Shown: positions 1-13,092 of the stretch, in pieces | Layout of the letters: every line of letters begins with the position of its first letter | Numbering within the stretch: position 1 is the stretch's first letter | Assembly (NCBI GenBank): GCA_951406725.2 | Contig: OX597818.1 | Location: forward strand, 40,300,001-40,364,000 | Direction of reading: 5' to 3' | Source: Octopus vulgaris | Taxonomy: Eukaryota | Length of the DNA stretch: 64,000 nucleotides | Program-made: the position numbers and the translations under genes | The notes under the pieces: model-generated | What the model saw: only the letters and a program-made list of their open reading frames with translations | The model's database searches: none | What the model was told of the DNA's origin: nothing

Positions 1-588
1 ATATGTGTGATATACTTTAAAACATTCGTCAATGCATAAAGGAATATTGCATTTCCGGTAAATGTATTGAGTCCTCCTTTCTTTGTTCGTCGAAGTACAT
101 CAAGTACATCTTCTGCGACTCTTTTGTTTTACTGGCATATGACCACCTACATTCTAAATCAACTTTGAAGTCTTAGAAGGCCATCCGAAAGATCTCATTC
201 TCTTTTGTGGAAAATTCGACCTTCCTGTCTCGATCAAACGTTCAGCTACATTTATTAAGAAATTTATAGGTGGTGGTTTCGAATGGTGAATTTCAAAGTG
301 AATAACACAGTTGTTATCAGAAGCATGAAGAACACTTTAATCCACCATTTTCTACTTTTTCAATCCAAGTTCATACAGTGCTACCATTTGATCAGAGCAA
401 TCTACTCCACTAACATATTTGTTATAAAAGATAATCGCTGTTACACATGTAAGCTCTTTCTTTTTTTCCATCCTACTCCTTTCGCTGTAACCCTGATTTG
501 TCCCATCCCAAACCATTTTAAAGGAAGAAAATTCACTTTAATAAAAAACTTTTCTTGGGATACATGTGACCCGTTAGGAGCGAAGAGG
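1..588 (-). mobile_element. Internally deleted piggyBac-type DNA transposon remnant; the other end lies outside the window
   Basis: Minus-strand translation gives AIIFYNKYVSGVDCSDQMVALYEL..KSRKWWIKVFFMLL (YN..MGGVD..DQ and RKWW motifs) and GHMPVKQKSRRRCT*C..RRTQYIYRKCNIPLCIDECFKVYH (C-terminal Cys-rich domain), with stops and frameshifts. Terminus CCTCTTCG abuts TTAA at 589-592. Confidence 0.85.
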
Positions 589-882
589 TTAAGAAAATTT
601 AAGAGAATGAAGGGACAAGTTTTTTCCTCGACAGGAGAGTGGACTGCTGCGTGTAAATATCGCCCAGGTCAACACTGAAGGAATTTTACTGAACATTGTG
701 AACCAACCGGCAAATATTTTTGAAATCCTTCTTAATCTGATCAGCCTTTAACGAATATGTCTATCAAACATAGATCCTCCAAAGGATGAAGCGTACATAG
801 CCTCAACCTCTCAGTTAAATGTGGTGTGGTTATATGGGCATATGGATATAACCAACAAAAGCACAGTGAGTAAAATTCATGA

Positions 883-984
<102 letters not shown>

Positions 985-1479
985 ACACACATTCAGAATT
1001 TGAGGAAGACATCTGAGAGATTAAATAACACTAACATATTCAGTAACAATAATAAATTTGATTTATCCTCGACAGTTTTTTGTTTTACCAATTTTGAATA
1101 TATCGCTCATATTTAAAACCTCTTACCTACTTAACAATTGCAATTCTAGCTCTGCCTTGAAGGAAGCTTTACTTCTTGGACTCACGTTTCTGTGCACAAC
1201 GATGTTGTTAAACTTCCACTAACAGCATCGTTTGCAGGTCCTTTCCGTTTTCTTTCACGTACGGATAAATTTTTCCCTATAGATCTTAATGGTCGTAAAG
1301 ACACTATATCAGTGGATAGACTAATAAAGAGCCTTCAAAGAGAAAACTGTCCCTGTTCCCATTGCAGATGACACGCTCACAGCATTACAAACACGGCTCG
1401 CACACCCACCTTCACATTCCACGACTACCATTGGGATCGATCAGGTACCGGACAAGGATTCTTTTTCCGTTTTTATTTT

Positions 1480-1643
1480 ACTTATTTTTTGAGAGCGGTC
1501 GGATTAATTTTCAGTATTCTCGTTTGTGAGAGCAGTCGAGTTTATTTCAGATATTCTCATTTAAAAAGTTATCTCCGGCTAATCGTTGAGAGGACGTTGG
1601 TGTTGCTTCGGCGGAGGTTTGTACTCTCTGAGTGCCCTTGTTT
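1480..1643 (+). mobile_element. Possible 3' end of a Helentron-associated (HINE-like) non-autonomous element
   Basis: Ends cttcggcggaggt-tt-gtactc-tct-gagtgc-ccttgtt (subterminal GGCGGAGG motif plus short hairpin), preceded by two gagagc(g/a)gtcg repeats. 5' end not located. Confidence 0.35.
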
Positions 1644-2794
1644 GATCATGAATCCCATAATTTAACTGACTTGTTATAAACCCCACAGGTATGAAAATCA
1701 AAATCGACTTCGGTGAAGTTTGAAATCAGATCATAAGAAGACGGAAGGGTTCGGAATTATATAAAGTTGCGATTCTTTCCATCCATTGTCGATAATGTGG
1801 GTGGCGGTTAAAAATCTTCGAAACTGTAGAGAAAGAAGCTGGGATATTGGCTAAAGAATAAATCAATGTTAATGAAAGTTTGCCGTTAAGGCTGCAACAG
1901 GAAGTTTAATGTTGGATTGCTACTGGAACAAACTATTGTTCTTTGGTTTTCGCCAGTGTCTCTACAAATATCTTGCTGATGTTTGGTTTGATAATCCTAA
2001 TGTTTGGTTGCCTAATACAATATCGTGATGTGTAATCTTATTTGATGAAAAAAATATCATGATAATTTATTCACCGGAAGCCAAAGCAGATCAATGTTCT
2101 TTAGATGTTCATATTTTATTTTCATGTGGCTGGTTGTAAGATGGGATTGATCTTATTTTTTTAAATATAAAAAAAAATCCCCAAAAAACAAAATACTTCT
2201 GCTGCTAATTTTGTTGTTTTTTTAAAAATTTTTAATGTCTTTTTATAAAACATGATTAAAGATCGCTTTTTAAAGTTAACGGTTGAAGATATTTCTCCTT
2301 AAAATTCAGTACTATACATATTGGATTTTTACATAGAGACAAGGCCTAGATGTGTTGTTGTTGTTGCTGATGCTGCTGTTCTTGTGATTTACTTCAAGGA
2401 CAAATCTAATCAAACAAACTTACCATATAAGACATTCCTGCAAAGACCATTTAGTCTTTTTTTTTGTATCTAGGATATCGTCATTCAATATGATCTTCCC
2501 TTCTATTTTAAGATTTGTATGATACGAAGGGGCTTTTGGGTGCTACTTCTAGTAGGTCGAGCAACAACGGGAGATGCTTTCTTGTTGGTTTGAGAATTCT
2601 TACTCCCCTTTCTCACGAACTTTCTCACTAATGATAGAAGCCATAGAACCACGGCAAAGTTTTCATCCTCACGTCAGGTTGTTGAAAATTAAAGTTGACC
2701 GTGGCTAGATTTGATTTACAAATTCATTCCTGCGGATTGTTTTTAAAAAAATAACCATAAGGATAAGCTTTTTCTTGATGACTGTTGTGTAATA

Positions 2795-2980
2795 TGTAAG
2801 GTATACTAGCCATCTCAATATGGCTAACCACTAAGTGTGGGTGTTACTGTAGCTTGTAGCCCCAGGAGATCATCGTCTCCAGCTGGCTTTAGGCTCAGTG
2901 TGGTTAGCCATATTGAGATGGCTAGTATACCTTACATTGTCGTGCAGTTACTGTTTACATCTCGTTTAGAGATTTATTAA
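2795..2980. mobile_element. Truncated, internally inverted copy of the HHR-bearing element at 13389-13763, with 12-bp TSD
   Basis: tgttgtgtaata flanks both sides (2783-2794, 2981-2992). Perfect ~37-bp inverted arms (2795-2831, 2900-2936). Both parts align to 13391-13530. Confidence 0.8.
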
Positions 2981-3217
2981 TGTTGTGTAATAGTTCAAAA
3001 GATATTCAAACAACAAATAGTTCAAGAGAAAACAGGATCGGATTGCCGGCAGGAAGGTCTGGAACGTAAAATTACGAGACTTTCGGTTATAGTACTCTAC
3101 GTCTACGTATTGAGTTTCGCAAGTTATCACTTCTCGGCGAACCAACAGAAATTATACGCACATACACGTATATAGACGTTTGTATGTATGTACATATGTA
3201 CAAATATATATTTATAT

Positions 3218-3249
<32 letters not shown>

Positions 3250-3260
3250 TTATGTATGTA

Positions 3261-3555
3261 TATAATTTGAATGGAGGCAATACAAACGGAAAACTAGAGG
3301 AACATGACCTATTATCCAATAAAATATTCAGTATATATGGGTACTTTCTTCGAACTTTATATTGATTTATTAATGCCGAAGAAAGTACACATAAATATAC
3401 TGAATATTCTATTGGATAATAGGTCATGTTCCTCTAGTTTTCCGTTTGTATTGCCTCCATTCAAATTATAATTTGGAACTTAGCTCAAGTTGAGCACTTC
3501 GATTCTAGCCTGTTTCTGAATATTGCTAATGTTAACAATCTCTATATAAAATAGT
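3261..3555. repeat. Long foldback (about 92-bp arms, 24-nt spacer) plus unique tail, between TA-rich repeats; Penelope pLTR-like architecture
   Basis: 3261-3352 is the near-perfect reverse complement of 3377-3470. Confidence 0.85.
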
Positions 3556-3563
3556 ATAATTTA

Positions 3564-3598
<35 letters not shown>

Positions 3599-3717
3599 AG
3601 CACATATATATATACACATATGTATATATATCACATAAATATATATGTATATACATATATAACACACACATATATATATATCATATATACATATATAACA
3701 CATATATATATATACAT

Positions 3718-4026
3718 ATCACCGTGATCACCGTGACCGACCAGGCTATCAGATGTTGTTACACATCGCTGGTCACAATGCGCTTCGCATTGTTTTAGCC
3801 TTCAAATGACGCCACCCCGCTGGCTAAGCGAGCAGGTCAACAGAAGAAAGAGTGAGAGAAAGTTGTGGCGAAAGAGTACAGCAGGGATCACCACCCCCTG
3901 CCGGAGCCTCGTGGAGCTTTAGGTGTTTTCGCTCAATAAACACTCACAACGCTCGGTCTGGGAATTGAAACCGCGATCCTACGACCGCGAGTCCGCTGCC
4001 CTAACCACTAGGCCATTGTGCCTCCA
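3718..4026 (-). mobile_element. Full-length tRNA-derived SINE, family B (resembles octopus OK-type SINEs)
   Basis: Minus-strand head ggaggcacaatggcctagtggttagggcagcggactcgcggtc..ggtttcaattccc (A and B boxes) and tail (cacggtgat)2. Homologous copies at 27520, 31133, 49508, 53295. Confidence 0.85.
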
Positions 4027-4031
4027 CATAT

Positions 4032-4150
<119 letters not shown>

Positions 4151-4774
4151 CATATATATATGTATATATATATGTATATATATGTAGGTACATACATATA
4201 CATATACATACATGCATATGCATGTATGCATGTGAGTAAATTCATGCAACACTGTATTGCTTCTATTGTTGTTGTTTATTCACAGGCCAGGTTTCCAGTC
4301 AAAGGTATGACAGCAGCATCTAATTTCCCAGAAAAAAAATGCACCTACGATTGCATTATGACAGAAACCAGTTTGACAGTGGTTGCCAAAACGGTCATAA
4401 GGGAAAGTGATGTAAGGTACCATTGTGACAGTTCTGTTAGTGTTCTTGACACAATCCTTTAAAAACCTTAATCGAAGTCATCCGAAGAGTTGTGAGGTTA
4501 TGTAAGAAGACAAATTAAGAAATGAAGAGTATCAGTATAATATCATTTTGATATGACTCTATGTTTAATCCCAGGTCATGTTGTAAAAAAAGGCGGGGGT
4601 GAGGGTGAGGGTGATATTTAAATTTTAAAAGATTTCTTTCGCTTTTCTTTTTGTTTTGTTTTTGTATGAAGAATATTGGCAATAGAAGAAATTGCCTGAT
4701 TCTATTGTACTAAGCGATTTGGTTAAACTACAAAAAAGCTAAAAGCTTTGCTAATAGCGCGTTAGAAAAAGAGA

Positions 4775-4778
4775 AGGG

Positions 4779-4809
<31 letters not shown>

Positions 4810-5140
4810 GGAGGGAGGGAGAGGGTGGAGAGAGGAAGAGAAAAAGAGAGCGGTTACGATTAAGAAATAGAGTAAAAAGTAGAAATAAAAGTGGAGGAAA
4901 CTGTGAGGGTGAGAGGAAGAGAGAGAGAGAGAAATGGAGGAAGAGAGAGGGAAGAAGATAGAGAGAGAGAGAAAAAGCGGAAGGAGGAAATTTAGAACAA
5001 TGATAAAAAGAAAACAAAGAACACAGTAATCTGACAAAAAAAAAATAAAGGTGAGACGAAAGGAATAAAAAGAGGATTGTGAAATAAATAAGGGAAAAGT
5101 GAAAAAGAAAAAAAAGATAGATAGATAGATAGATAGATAG

Positions 5141-5201
<61 letters not shown>

Positions 5202-5430
5202 AGGAAAAGCGAGGAAAAGACAGAGATAAAAATATCAAAGTCAGAAAACAAGGTATGGTAGAATACTGGAAAAGAAAAAAGGGTGAAGGAGAGAAATAAG
5301 AAATGATAGACGGGTGGGGGAGAGAAAAAAGAGAGAGAGAGAGAGTTGGGAGAGAATGAGAGAGAGTATGTGAGAGAGAGAGAGAAGAAAAAGAGTGAGA
5401 GTCAGAAATTCAAAAACAGAAAAAGAATGA
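4775..5430. repeat. Polypurine GA-rich low-complexity tract with (GA)n and (GATA)n
   Basis: Strongly purine-biased, with pure GA runs. Confidence 0.9.
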
Positions 5431-5720
5431 AAGCATTCAGTTGTCACCCCCCACCAAACCCCGGCGTTTTATGTTTTTGCAAATGTGGACTTTCATAGAG
5501 GATAACGGCTCAAAAGCATGTACCAGTATTTCAGTGAGCCAGCTCCTATATGGATTTCTCTTAACCTCGTATCTATATACTACAATCTGAAAACACACAC
5601 AGCAGATAACGTCCAATGTTCAAGAGGAAGACGAGGTGGTTTCAGCTGGGACAAATTTGACCATAGATCTAATCAGTCAACGAGAACAACGACAATAACA
5701 AACACAACTTCACCAACACG

Positions 5721-5950
5721 ACCACCACCACCACCACCACCACCACCACCACCACCACCACCACCACCACCACCACCACTACCACCACCACCACCACCAC
5801 TACCACCACCACCACCACCACCACCACCACCACCACACCACCACCACCACCACCACCACCACCACCACCACCACACACCACTACCACCACCACCACTACC
5901 ACCACCACCACCACTACCACCACCACAACCACCACCACTATCACCACCAC
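5721..5950. repeat. (CCA)n microsatellite
   Basis: Trinucleotide array that generates the poly-P/H/G/V ORFs. Confidence 0.97.
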
Positions 5951-5954
5951 TATC

Positions 5955-6174
5955 TTTGTGTGCCTGTGTTTGTCCCCCAACATCGCTTGACAACCGATGC
6001 TGGTGTGTTTACGTCCCTGTAACTTAGCGGTTCGGCATGAGAGATCGATAGAATAAGTGCTAGGCTTACAAAGAATAAGTCCTAGGGTCGATTTGCTCGA
6101 CTAAAAGGCGTTGCTCCAGCATGGCCACAGTCAAATGACTGAAACAAGTAAAAGAGTAAAAGAGTAAAAAGAGT
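5955..6174 (+). mobile_element. 3' half of SINE family A
   Basis: catcgcttgacaaccgatgctggtg..gctccagcatggccacagtcaaatgactgaaacaag followed by (taaaagag)n tail; matches many copies in the window. Confidence 0.9.
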
Positions 6175-7390
6175 AATGCATAGAATACACCACCCTAAGG
6201 CAGATATAGAACGACTTTACTTGCCCAGAAAAGAGGGTGGCCGTGGACTTTTACAACTGGAATTAACGATGCGGATTGCTACAACTGGCCTAGACACCTA
6301 CCTGAAAAACTCTGATGACTGGATGTTAAAAAATCGTCTTACAGCATGAAAACAAGTAAGCATCATACTCAGTAACAGAACAGGCAAAATATATCAAAAT
6401 GAATTACAAATACGACAAATCCCAGAATTAGACGTATTGGAAACAAGTACGGAAAGAGCTAAGCGTATGAAAACCCGTGTTAAAACTGCTGTCTCAGATA
6501 TTCTTACTGATAAATAGCAAGAAAAACATCTCACTAGCAAATACCCAAAGAGAGCTAATAATGCCGATGTTGACGAAACCCTCATCCATCAATGGTTAGT
6601 GTCTTCTGGCTTAAAATCAGAAACATAAACAGTCCAAGATCAATGCCTACCTACAAGAAGCTACCAGGCCAACATATTAAAGAACAGCAGTGGCCCAATG
6701 TGTCGTGTATGTAAACAACAAAATGAAACCATTAATCATGTTGTCTCCATGTGCAATCTTGCACCAACAGAGTATCACAACAGTCATGATAGAGCAGCAC
6801 AGTATATTCACTGGGTAATTTGCAAAAACCTGGACCTGACCCATGATAAAAACTGGTGGCAACGCAAACCACCTCCAGTGCTTGAAAATGATCACATCTC
6901 ACTCCTCTGGTACTTCACCGATCAAACTGACAGAAAGATAGATGCGAATAGGCCAGACATTATATTGAAAGACTTCAGACAAAAATCATGCCTCCTCATT
7001 GATATGACTGCTCCAATCTACATAAATCTATCTGTCGAGACCTACCGAAATCTGAGCAAGTATAAAGAGCTTGAAATAGAAATTAGCAAAATGTGAAACC
7101 TCATGACTAAAACAATACCTGTTGTCATAATTGCCCTTGGAATAATAGCAAAATGGGCTGATTCCTACTTAGTTCAGATACCAGGAGACTCTAAAATAGC
7201 AGAAATTCCAAAAATAGGGCTCATGGGAACTGCTCATTTCCTACATAAAATACTGCCTATGCAATCTCAAGTTTTAAAACAAACTTATAATTTTCTTATG
7301 TTTTTCTTAAACATTCTTCAGAACAATACTATGTGCAAAACCAAATATGTGATACCCTTGGCATAATACCAATATGAACTTCTAAATTGC
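6175..7390 (+). pseudogene. 5'-truncated R4/Dong-clade non-LTR retrotransposon (RT thumb, CCHC knuckle, restriction-like endonuclease)
   Basis: HPKADIERLYLPRKEGGRGL, QDQCLPTRSY, CRVCKQQNETINHVVSMC, NRPDIILKD..LLIDM..KYKEL, PVVIIALG, GTAHFLHKIL, with stops and frameshifts. Confidence 0.9.
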
Positions 7391-7396
7391 TCCAAG

Positions 7397-7454
7397 TGAC
7401 TCCAAGTTTCACCCAGATATTTCAAAAGAAATATCTGGGTGAAACTTGGAGTCA
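7397..7454. repeat. Perfect 27-bp inverted repeat with 4-nt loop at a LINE-LINE junction
   Basis: tgactccaagtttcacccagatatttc-aaaa-gaaatatctgggtgaaacttggagtca. Confidence 0.95.
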
Positions 7455-7980
7455 GAGAAGGTTAGGAAGGAATGTTATAGAAGAGTTCGAGCAGTCCTGA
7501 AGTCTGAGCTGAATGCATATAATAAGGTGTTAGCAGTGCTTAAATGGAACACCAGTGAAATAATGGAAAATTGATAGAAAAATCCGCAAGCTTGTAATAA
7601 GATGGACCACCCAAAGGCAGATGTGGATCGTGTTTACCTTTCCAGAGCTCAGGAAGATCGAAGCTTGATCCAGCTTGAACTTACGTACAAAACCACCGCA
7701 ATCGGACTGGCCAAATACCTCGAAACAACCAACGATTGGATGCTAAAACTTGCTGAAAAACATGAAAGACAGAAAAAACTTCACTCTATTTCGAAAGAGA
7801 GCAAAAAATTCGGTACTGATCTCTTATATACCTACCAGATTGATCAGGTTGAAGGAAATGCTCCAACTGCTGCTGCAAAGAAAATCAAATAAATTGCAAA
7901 GACAAAAGCACATGAAAAATTAGCAAGCAAATGGGAACAGACACCTCTGCATGGAAAATATGTGGCCCGTAGCAAACAAG
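7455..7980 (+). pseudogene. Second R4/Dong-clade LINE fragment (RT C-terminal region)
   Basis: KECYRRVRAVLKSELNAYNKVLAV, HPKADVDRVYLSR..LIQLELTYKTTAIGL, KWEQTPLHGKY. Confidence 0.85.
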
Positions 7981-7984
7981 ACTT

Positions 7985-8277
7985 TTGATCTTAACTGATT
8001 GGAAGTGTTATCATGTACATTGTTTTGTCGTGGTATAAAAGATGGGCTACGGCAAATATTCTACTTAATTCCACAACTTTACTTGTCAGCTGTTTGACCT
8101 TAACCAGTTGAGCAGAAGTAGTGGGGAAGCATCATAGCCATATGCTGAGAGGAAGTCTTTAGCGTTTGGATAATTTACCTTTTTAAACATGGTTGTATCG
8201 TTCAACATCCTTAAACAACCCTTATTTAGAGACTTTTTGAGCGGGATGAGCAAGTCAACCTGAAGAAAATTCTAACT
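7985..8277 (-). mobile_element. Fragment of a dispersed repeat, probably a non-LTR 3' region
   Basis: Homologous to 22181-22497 (gatcttaactgattggaagtgttatcatg..ttcaacatcctt). Confidence 0.7.
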
Positions 8278-8588
8278 ATAGTCATCGGAGTATTGGGTTC
8301 AATATCGCCCAATCTGAAAAAAACAAACAAAACATCTGAAAACTTTAGAGGTACACTACAATCTAGATGTATTGCAAAAGTCGGCATTACTTGAAACTGC
8401 ATGGATATTGTGTAAAATACTGTCTTTCTGAGGTTCTTGTGATTTGACAAACAGTACAAACCCCCGGTAGACACAATATCTTCAATCAGCAACCTCACTA
8501 TATTGTATACTGTGTGAAGTCTATAATAATAGCAATAATAATAATGATGATGATGATGATAATAAAAAATAATAATAATAATAATAAT
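8278..8588 (+). pseudogene. R4/Dong-type 3' end followed by (TAA)n
   Basis: IVIGVLGSISPNLK..LDVLQKSALLETAWILCKILSF*, short UTR, then TAA repeats. Confidence 0.75.
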
Positions 8589-8858
8589 TAAAATTCAAAT
8601 AGAAAATGATATAATAAAATAGAATGAATTTGGGAGTTATCGTAAGATAGGATAGAATTCAGTTTCGTATTTAATAACCAGTTACATGGTGAATGTGCCA
8701 AAAGGATATTACAAGGAATATTTCGGTGACTGAGATTAAATTCCATTAAATCTAGTCTCATACATAGCTCCCTCTGATGGTTATGAGCTAAAATGAATAA
8801 ATATAAAAAAATGGTTAAATAATATATATACATACATACATACATACATATGTATATA

Positions 8859-8930
<72 letters not shown>

Positions 8931-9798
8931 CATGCATACATACACACATTTATATATGTATATGTGTGTGTGTATATATACATACATACGTACATGCACA
9001 GCATATATATATATATACACACAAAGAAATAACGTTAAGTCAATATCCGTAATTGTACGGTTCAATTGTTCAAGTCAATCATGGTATTCAATAAGCCAAA
9101 AAGAAATCCTTCCTTTTTCAGCGTTCATTTTCTCCTCCTCTCCACCAGCACCACTACAACCACCACCACCACCACCACCACAACCACCACCAACACTGCT
9201 GACGCCACAGCCGCCATCACCACCACCACTACCTGCATTTTCTTTCCTCACACCTTTACCATTTTGTATGACATGCATTGAAATATCGTCTGCCTGCCTC
9301 ACGATTCAAAATCTTTCCACCACAACCTTTTTTGTATTTTCCCACTGACTGAATTGTTTCTAGGCAAATATTTACAATGAAAATTAAGGTCGGATTTTGT
9401 TGAACTAAGGAAGCATTGAACCAATATACAGAGATCAACTTATTTCTCTTGCCATGTCTTTCTCTCCTCATTCGTTTCTTCCTTTAATCTTCTTCAAATT
9501 CTTTCTCTACTTTGAGCGGTTTGCCTTCATTTTCTCTTCATTTTCTTCATTTTTACCTCCCTTCTCCTTTTTTAATCTCAGCCATTCACACTTTCAATTG
9601 TTTTCTGTTTGTTTTCCATTATTAATTTTTTATTTTATTTTATTTTATTTTTCTTATAGTTTTTAATTATATTTTTCTCCAGACCTGTTCGTATTATTTT
9701 TCCTACTTTTCAAGACTTCAGTTTTTCCTTATCAAGGTTCCCTGTATCCTTAAACCAATTTCCTAGTTAGCACCAGTGATATGTCGCCACCATTCGTA

Positions 9799-10472
<674 letters not shown>

Positions 10473-10765
10473 TTTGGACCTCTCCAGTGTTGACTCGGCC
10501 CGGCTTGCAGTTATTATTCTTTTTCTCTTTTAACCGTCTATCTTTTACAAAGATATCATTTCCTTGCAATATATTGAACGAAATGAATGTTCTTGTAGCT
10601 ATACGTTATTGAGATGTGCACATGTCCTAACGAAGATCTATCATTGTCAGTTGTGTTCACAGTCTGTACGAACGTGTGAGAAAGCTTTCAATGGATACAT
10701 ATTTGTATGTTTCTCCACTCTCTCACTCCTTTCCTTTCGTTTGCATTATGTGCGTATGTGTGCCT

Positions 10766-10830
<65 letters not shown>

Positions 10831-10868
10831 TATATAAAAAGGCGGTGCTAGCATATATATAGTACAAA

Positions 10869-10919
<51 letters not shown>

Positions 10920-10934
10920 TACATATATATATAT

Positions 10935-10967
<33 letters not shown>

Positions 10968-11007
10968 CATATATATATACATATATATATACATATACAC
11001 ACACACG

Positions 11008-11041
<34 letters not shown>

Positions 11042-12119
11042 CACATATATATATATATTTATAAAGGTATATATATATGCATGGGTGCGTGCAGCTTTTA
11101 ATAAATGTATTATATATTATAAAAATAGTCATTTTAACTTGCGTAAGTCACCATATTTCACTGCAGAATATCAAATTTAAAAAAAAAAATGAATGTTAGA
11201 TTTTCGTGAATCTGCTATTTTCATAAAAAAATTGATTTATTACATAGGCACTGAAATGGTTACAACCAGGAAAGGAAATTGGTTATTCCTAATTTCGACG
11301 GATTCCATCTGAAAGTCTTCCAGAAATGGATATTGAAATGTTATTAGAAGAAAAGGATGCAACAAAACATTTAAAATTTATTAGAATTTGAATCCAAAAC
11401 ATAAAATCAAGGAGCTAAATACTGCAAGAAATAGAGTCCAAATTTCAACTTTTTTCCTTCCATAGCTCCGCAAAGATCTAATAAATATTAAGTTATGAAA
11501 ATGTTATGAAGTAGTCAAATAAAAGGCAAGATGGCGATAAAGTCTTCCACGAATGTTTACATTGAAGAAAATATTTCTTCAAATATTTAGAGAATTCCTT
11601 TTGTTACGAAGGTTATGAAGAAGTTAATACGAATATAATAAACAAACATCAAACTAGTTATCCCTTTGCATTCTCCCTTTTCACCCCCATACCTTCATGC
11701 TCTGTTTCGTTCATCTCAAATTAATAACATCCATCATATAATGAGATTCTGTTGTATGAAGCCGGTTACAGTAGCTTAAGTCTTTACATAAATTGACTCG
11801 GTGCAATATGAAAATCCTTACAGTTCATATAGTCAATAAACAACTCTAATTTCTGAAGCTCGAAGTGGATGAGATATATATCTTCTTGAAGAGGGGAAGC
11901 TATTTAGTTATTGGTAAGTATTTGGAACCCGTTACTCATTGCTGTGTAAGCTGAAGCAGCATAACAACATACAGTGATCTACTATGGAATACAAAATATT
12001 ATATGCTGGAGACTTGACTTTATCATATGGACGTAAAATTCCGCACTCACCCACCTTAATCAAAAGCATAAGCACAACCAAGACAGTTTTAACAACCTCA
12101 TAACCACAACACACCATTG

Positions 12120-12171
12120 TGCATCTTATATTTGTGTATGTATGACCCTACATACACAAATATAAGATGCA
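12120..12171. repeat. Perfect 23-bp hairpin with 6-nt loop
   Basis: tgcatcttatatttgtgtatgta-tgaccc-tacatacacaaatataagatgca. Confidence 0.95.
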
Positions 12172-12187
12172 TAGATCATAATTCTTT

Positions 12188-13074
12188 CTCTAGACATATA
12201 AGGGCATGTCAAGATATGTAACTATATGCATGAGAATACATGCATAAAACATACAAATCTGCACATACATACGTACATACATACATACATACATACATAC
12301 ATACATACGTACGTACGTACATACATACATACATACATACATACATACATACATAATACATACATACATACATACACATATGTACATACATTATGGCTGC
12401 CCCCTCGTTATCGAGTATAGCCATTGCACGAAGCTTAACTGTTACTGCTGCTGTGATCGAATGTGACTTTTTAACCCAGCTAAAGATCTACAATGTCTTG
12501 TACAGAATTGGCAGCTAAAACCTTTACCAGTAATAGCCGGCTGTAGTTGTAACTGGGCTTCATGTATCTTTGCTTGTCGTTTAAGTCCTCCAGCTGAATT
12601 GCACTCTCTTCCACATGCCCGACAGACATGATTAGTATGGTGTCTAACACCACCACCAGTGGCCAGGTTGTCACTCATCTGTCTCGCTTTATGACTACGA
12701 AGATGACTCTTGAGTCCAGCTTTTCTGAGGCAGGGTCTTGCACAGACACTGCATGTCAGCATCATAGGAAGACCCTTCCCATCTGGAAGTGTAACAGCGA
12801 TGCCCTTCCTGACATCCCTCCTTACTTTCTCATGTGCAACTCGAGATTTCTCAAAAGTGGCTGTCCCCGCGTGCACAATCCTTCTCCACCTGCTACGATC
12901 AATAGCTATGCCTTCCCATGTGTCAGGAGAGATGCAAGCATCTCTTAAGGAAGCCTTCAGCAAGTCCTTATACCTCTTTTTTGGTTTACATTCACACATA
13001 CATTCATACATACATAGGTTAGAAATCGATTCTTTCTCTATTGGCAAGAAATTTTGAAATAAACTGAATAATGA
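12188..13074 (+). mobile_element. 3' UTR of a CATA-associated R4-like LINE, split by an antisense RTE insertion
   Basis: 12188-12265 and 13016-13074 match consecutive parts of the UTR at 57820-58002. Confidence 0.7.
12391..12987 (-). pseudogene. 5'-truncated RTE-clade LINE; C-terminus with three C2H2-like zinc fingers
   Basis: PKKRYKDLLKASL..WEGIAIDRSRWRRIV (RTE C-terminal motif), then CSVC..HLRSH, CRAC..QAKIH, CQFC..HIRSQ. 3' hairpin ctcg-ataa-cgag and (ATGT)n tail. Confidence 0.88.
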
Positions 13075-13092
13075 CATACATATGTATATATA

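Noticed and set aside
283-678. 131-aa plus-strand ORF
   Set aside because: It is the antisense shadow of the piggyBac remnant and has no recognisable motif of its own.
3376-3416. HHR-like CCGAAGA-a-agta..tact-GAATATTCTA in the foldback
   Set aside because: No GAAA, no stem III pairing to a UH site and no stem I; at best a relic.
3950-4026. tRNA-like sequences here and at 30560, 31133, 49508 and 53370
   Set aside because: A and B boxes are present, but they run into SINE bodies without a closed acceptor stem, so they are SINE heads and not tRNA genes.
5518-6027. Poly-Pro/poly-His ORF resembling a formin or extensin
   Set aside because: Translation of a (CCA)n array that reads into a SINE; no splice or domain support.
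11300-11390. Peptide ESLPEMDIEMLLEEKDATKHL, faintly like a transposon or recombinase N-terminus
   Set aside because: Too short, bounded by stops, with no further motifs found.
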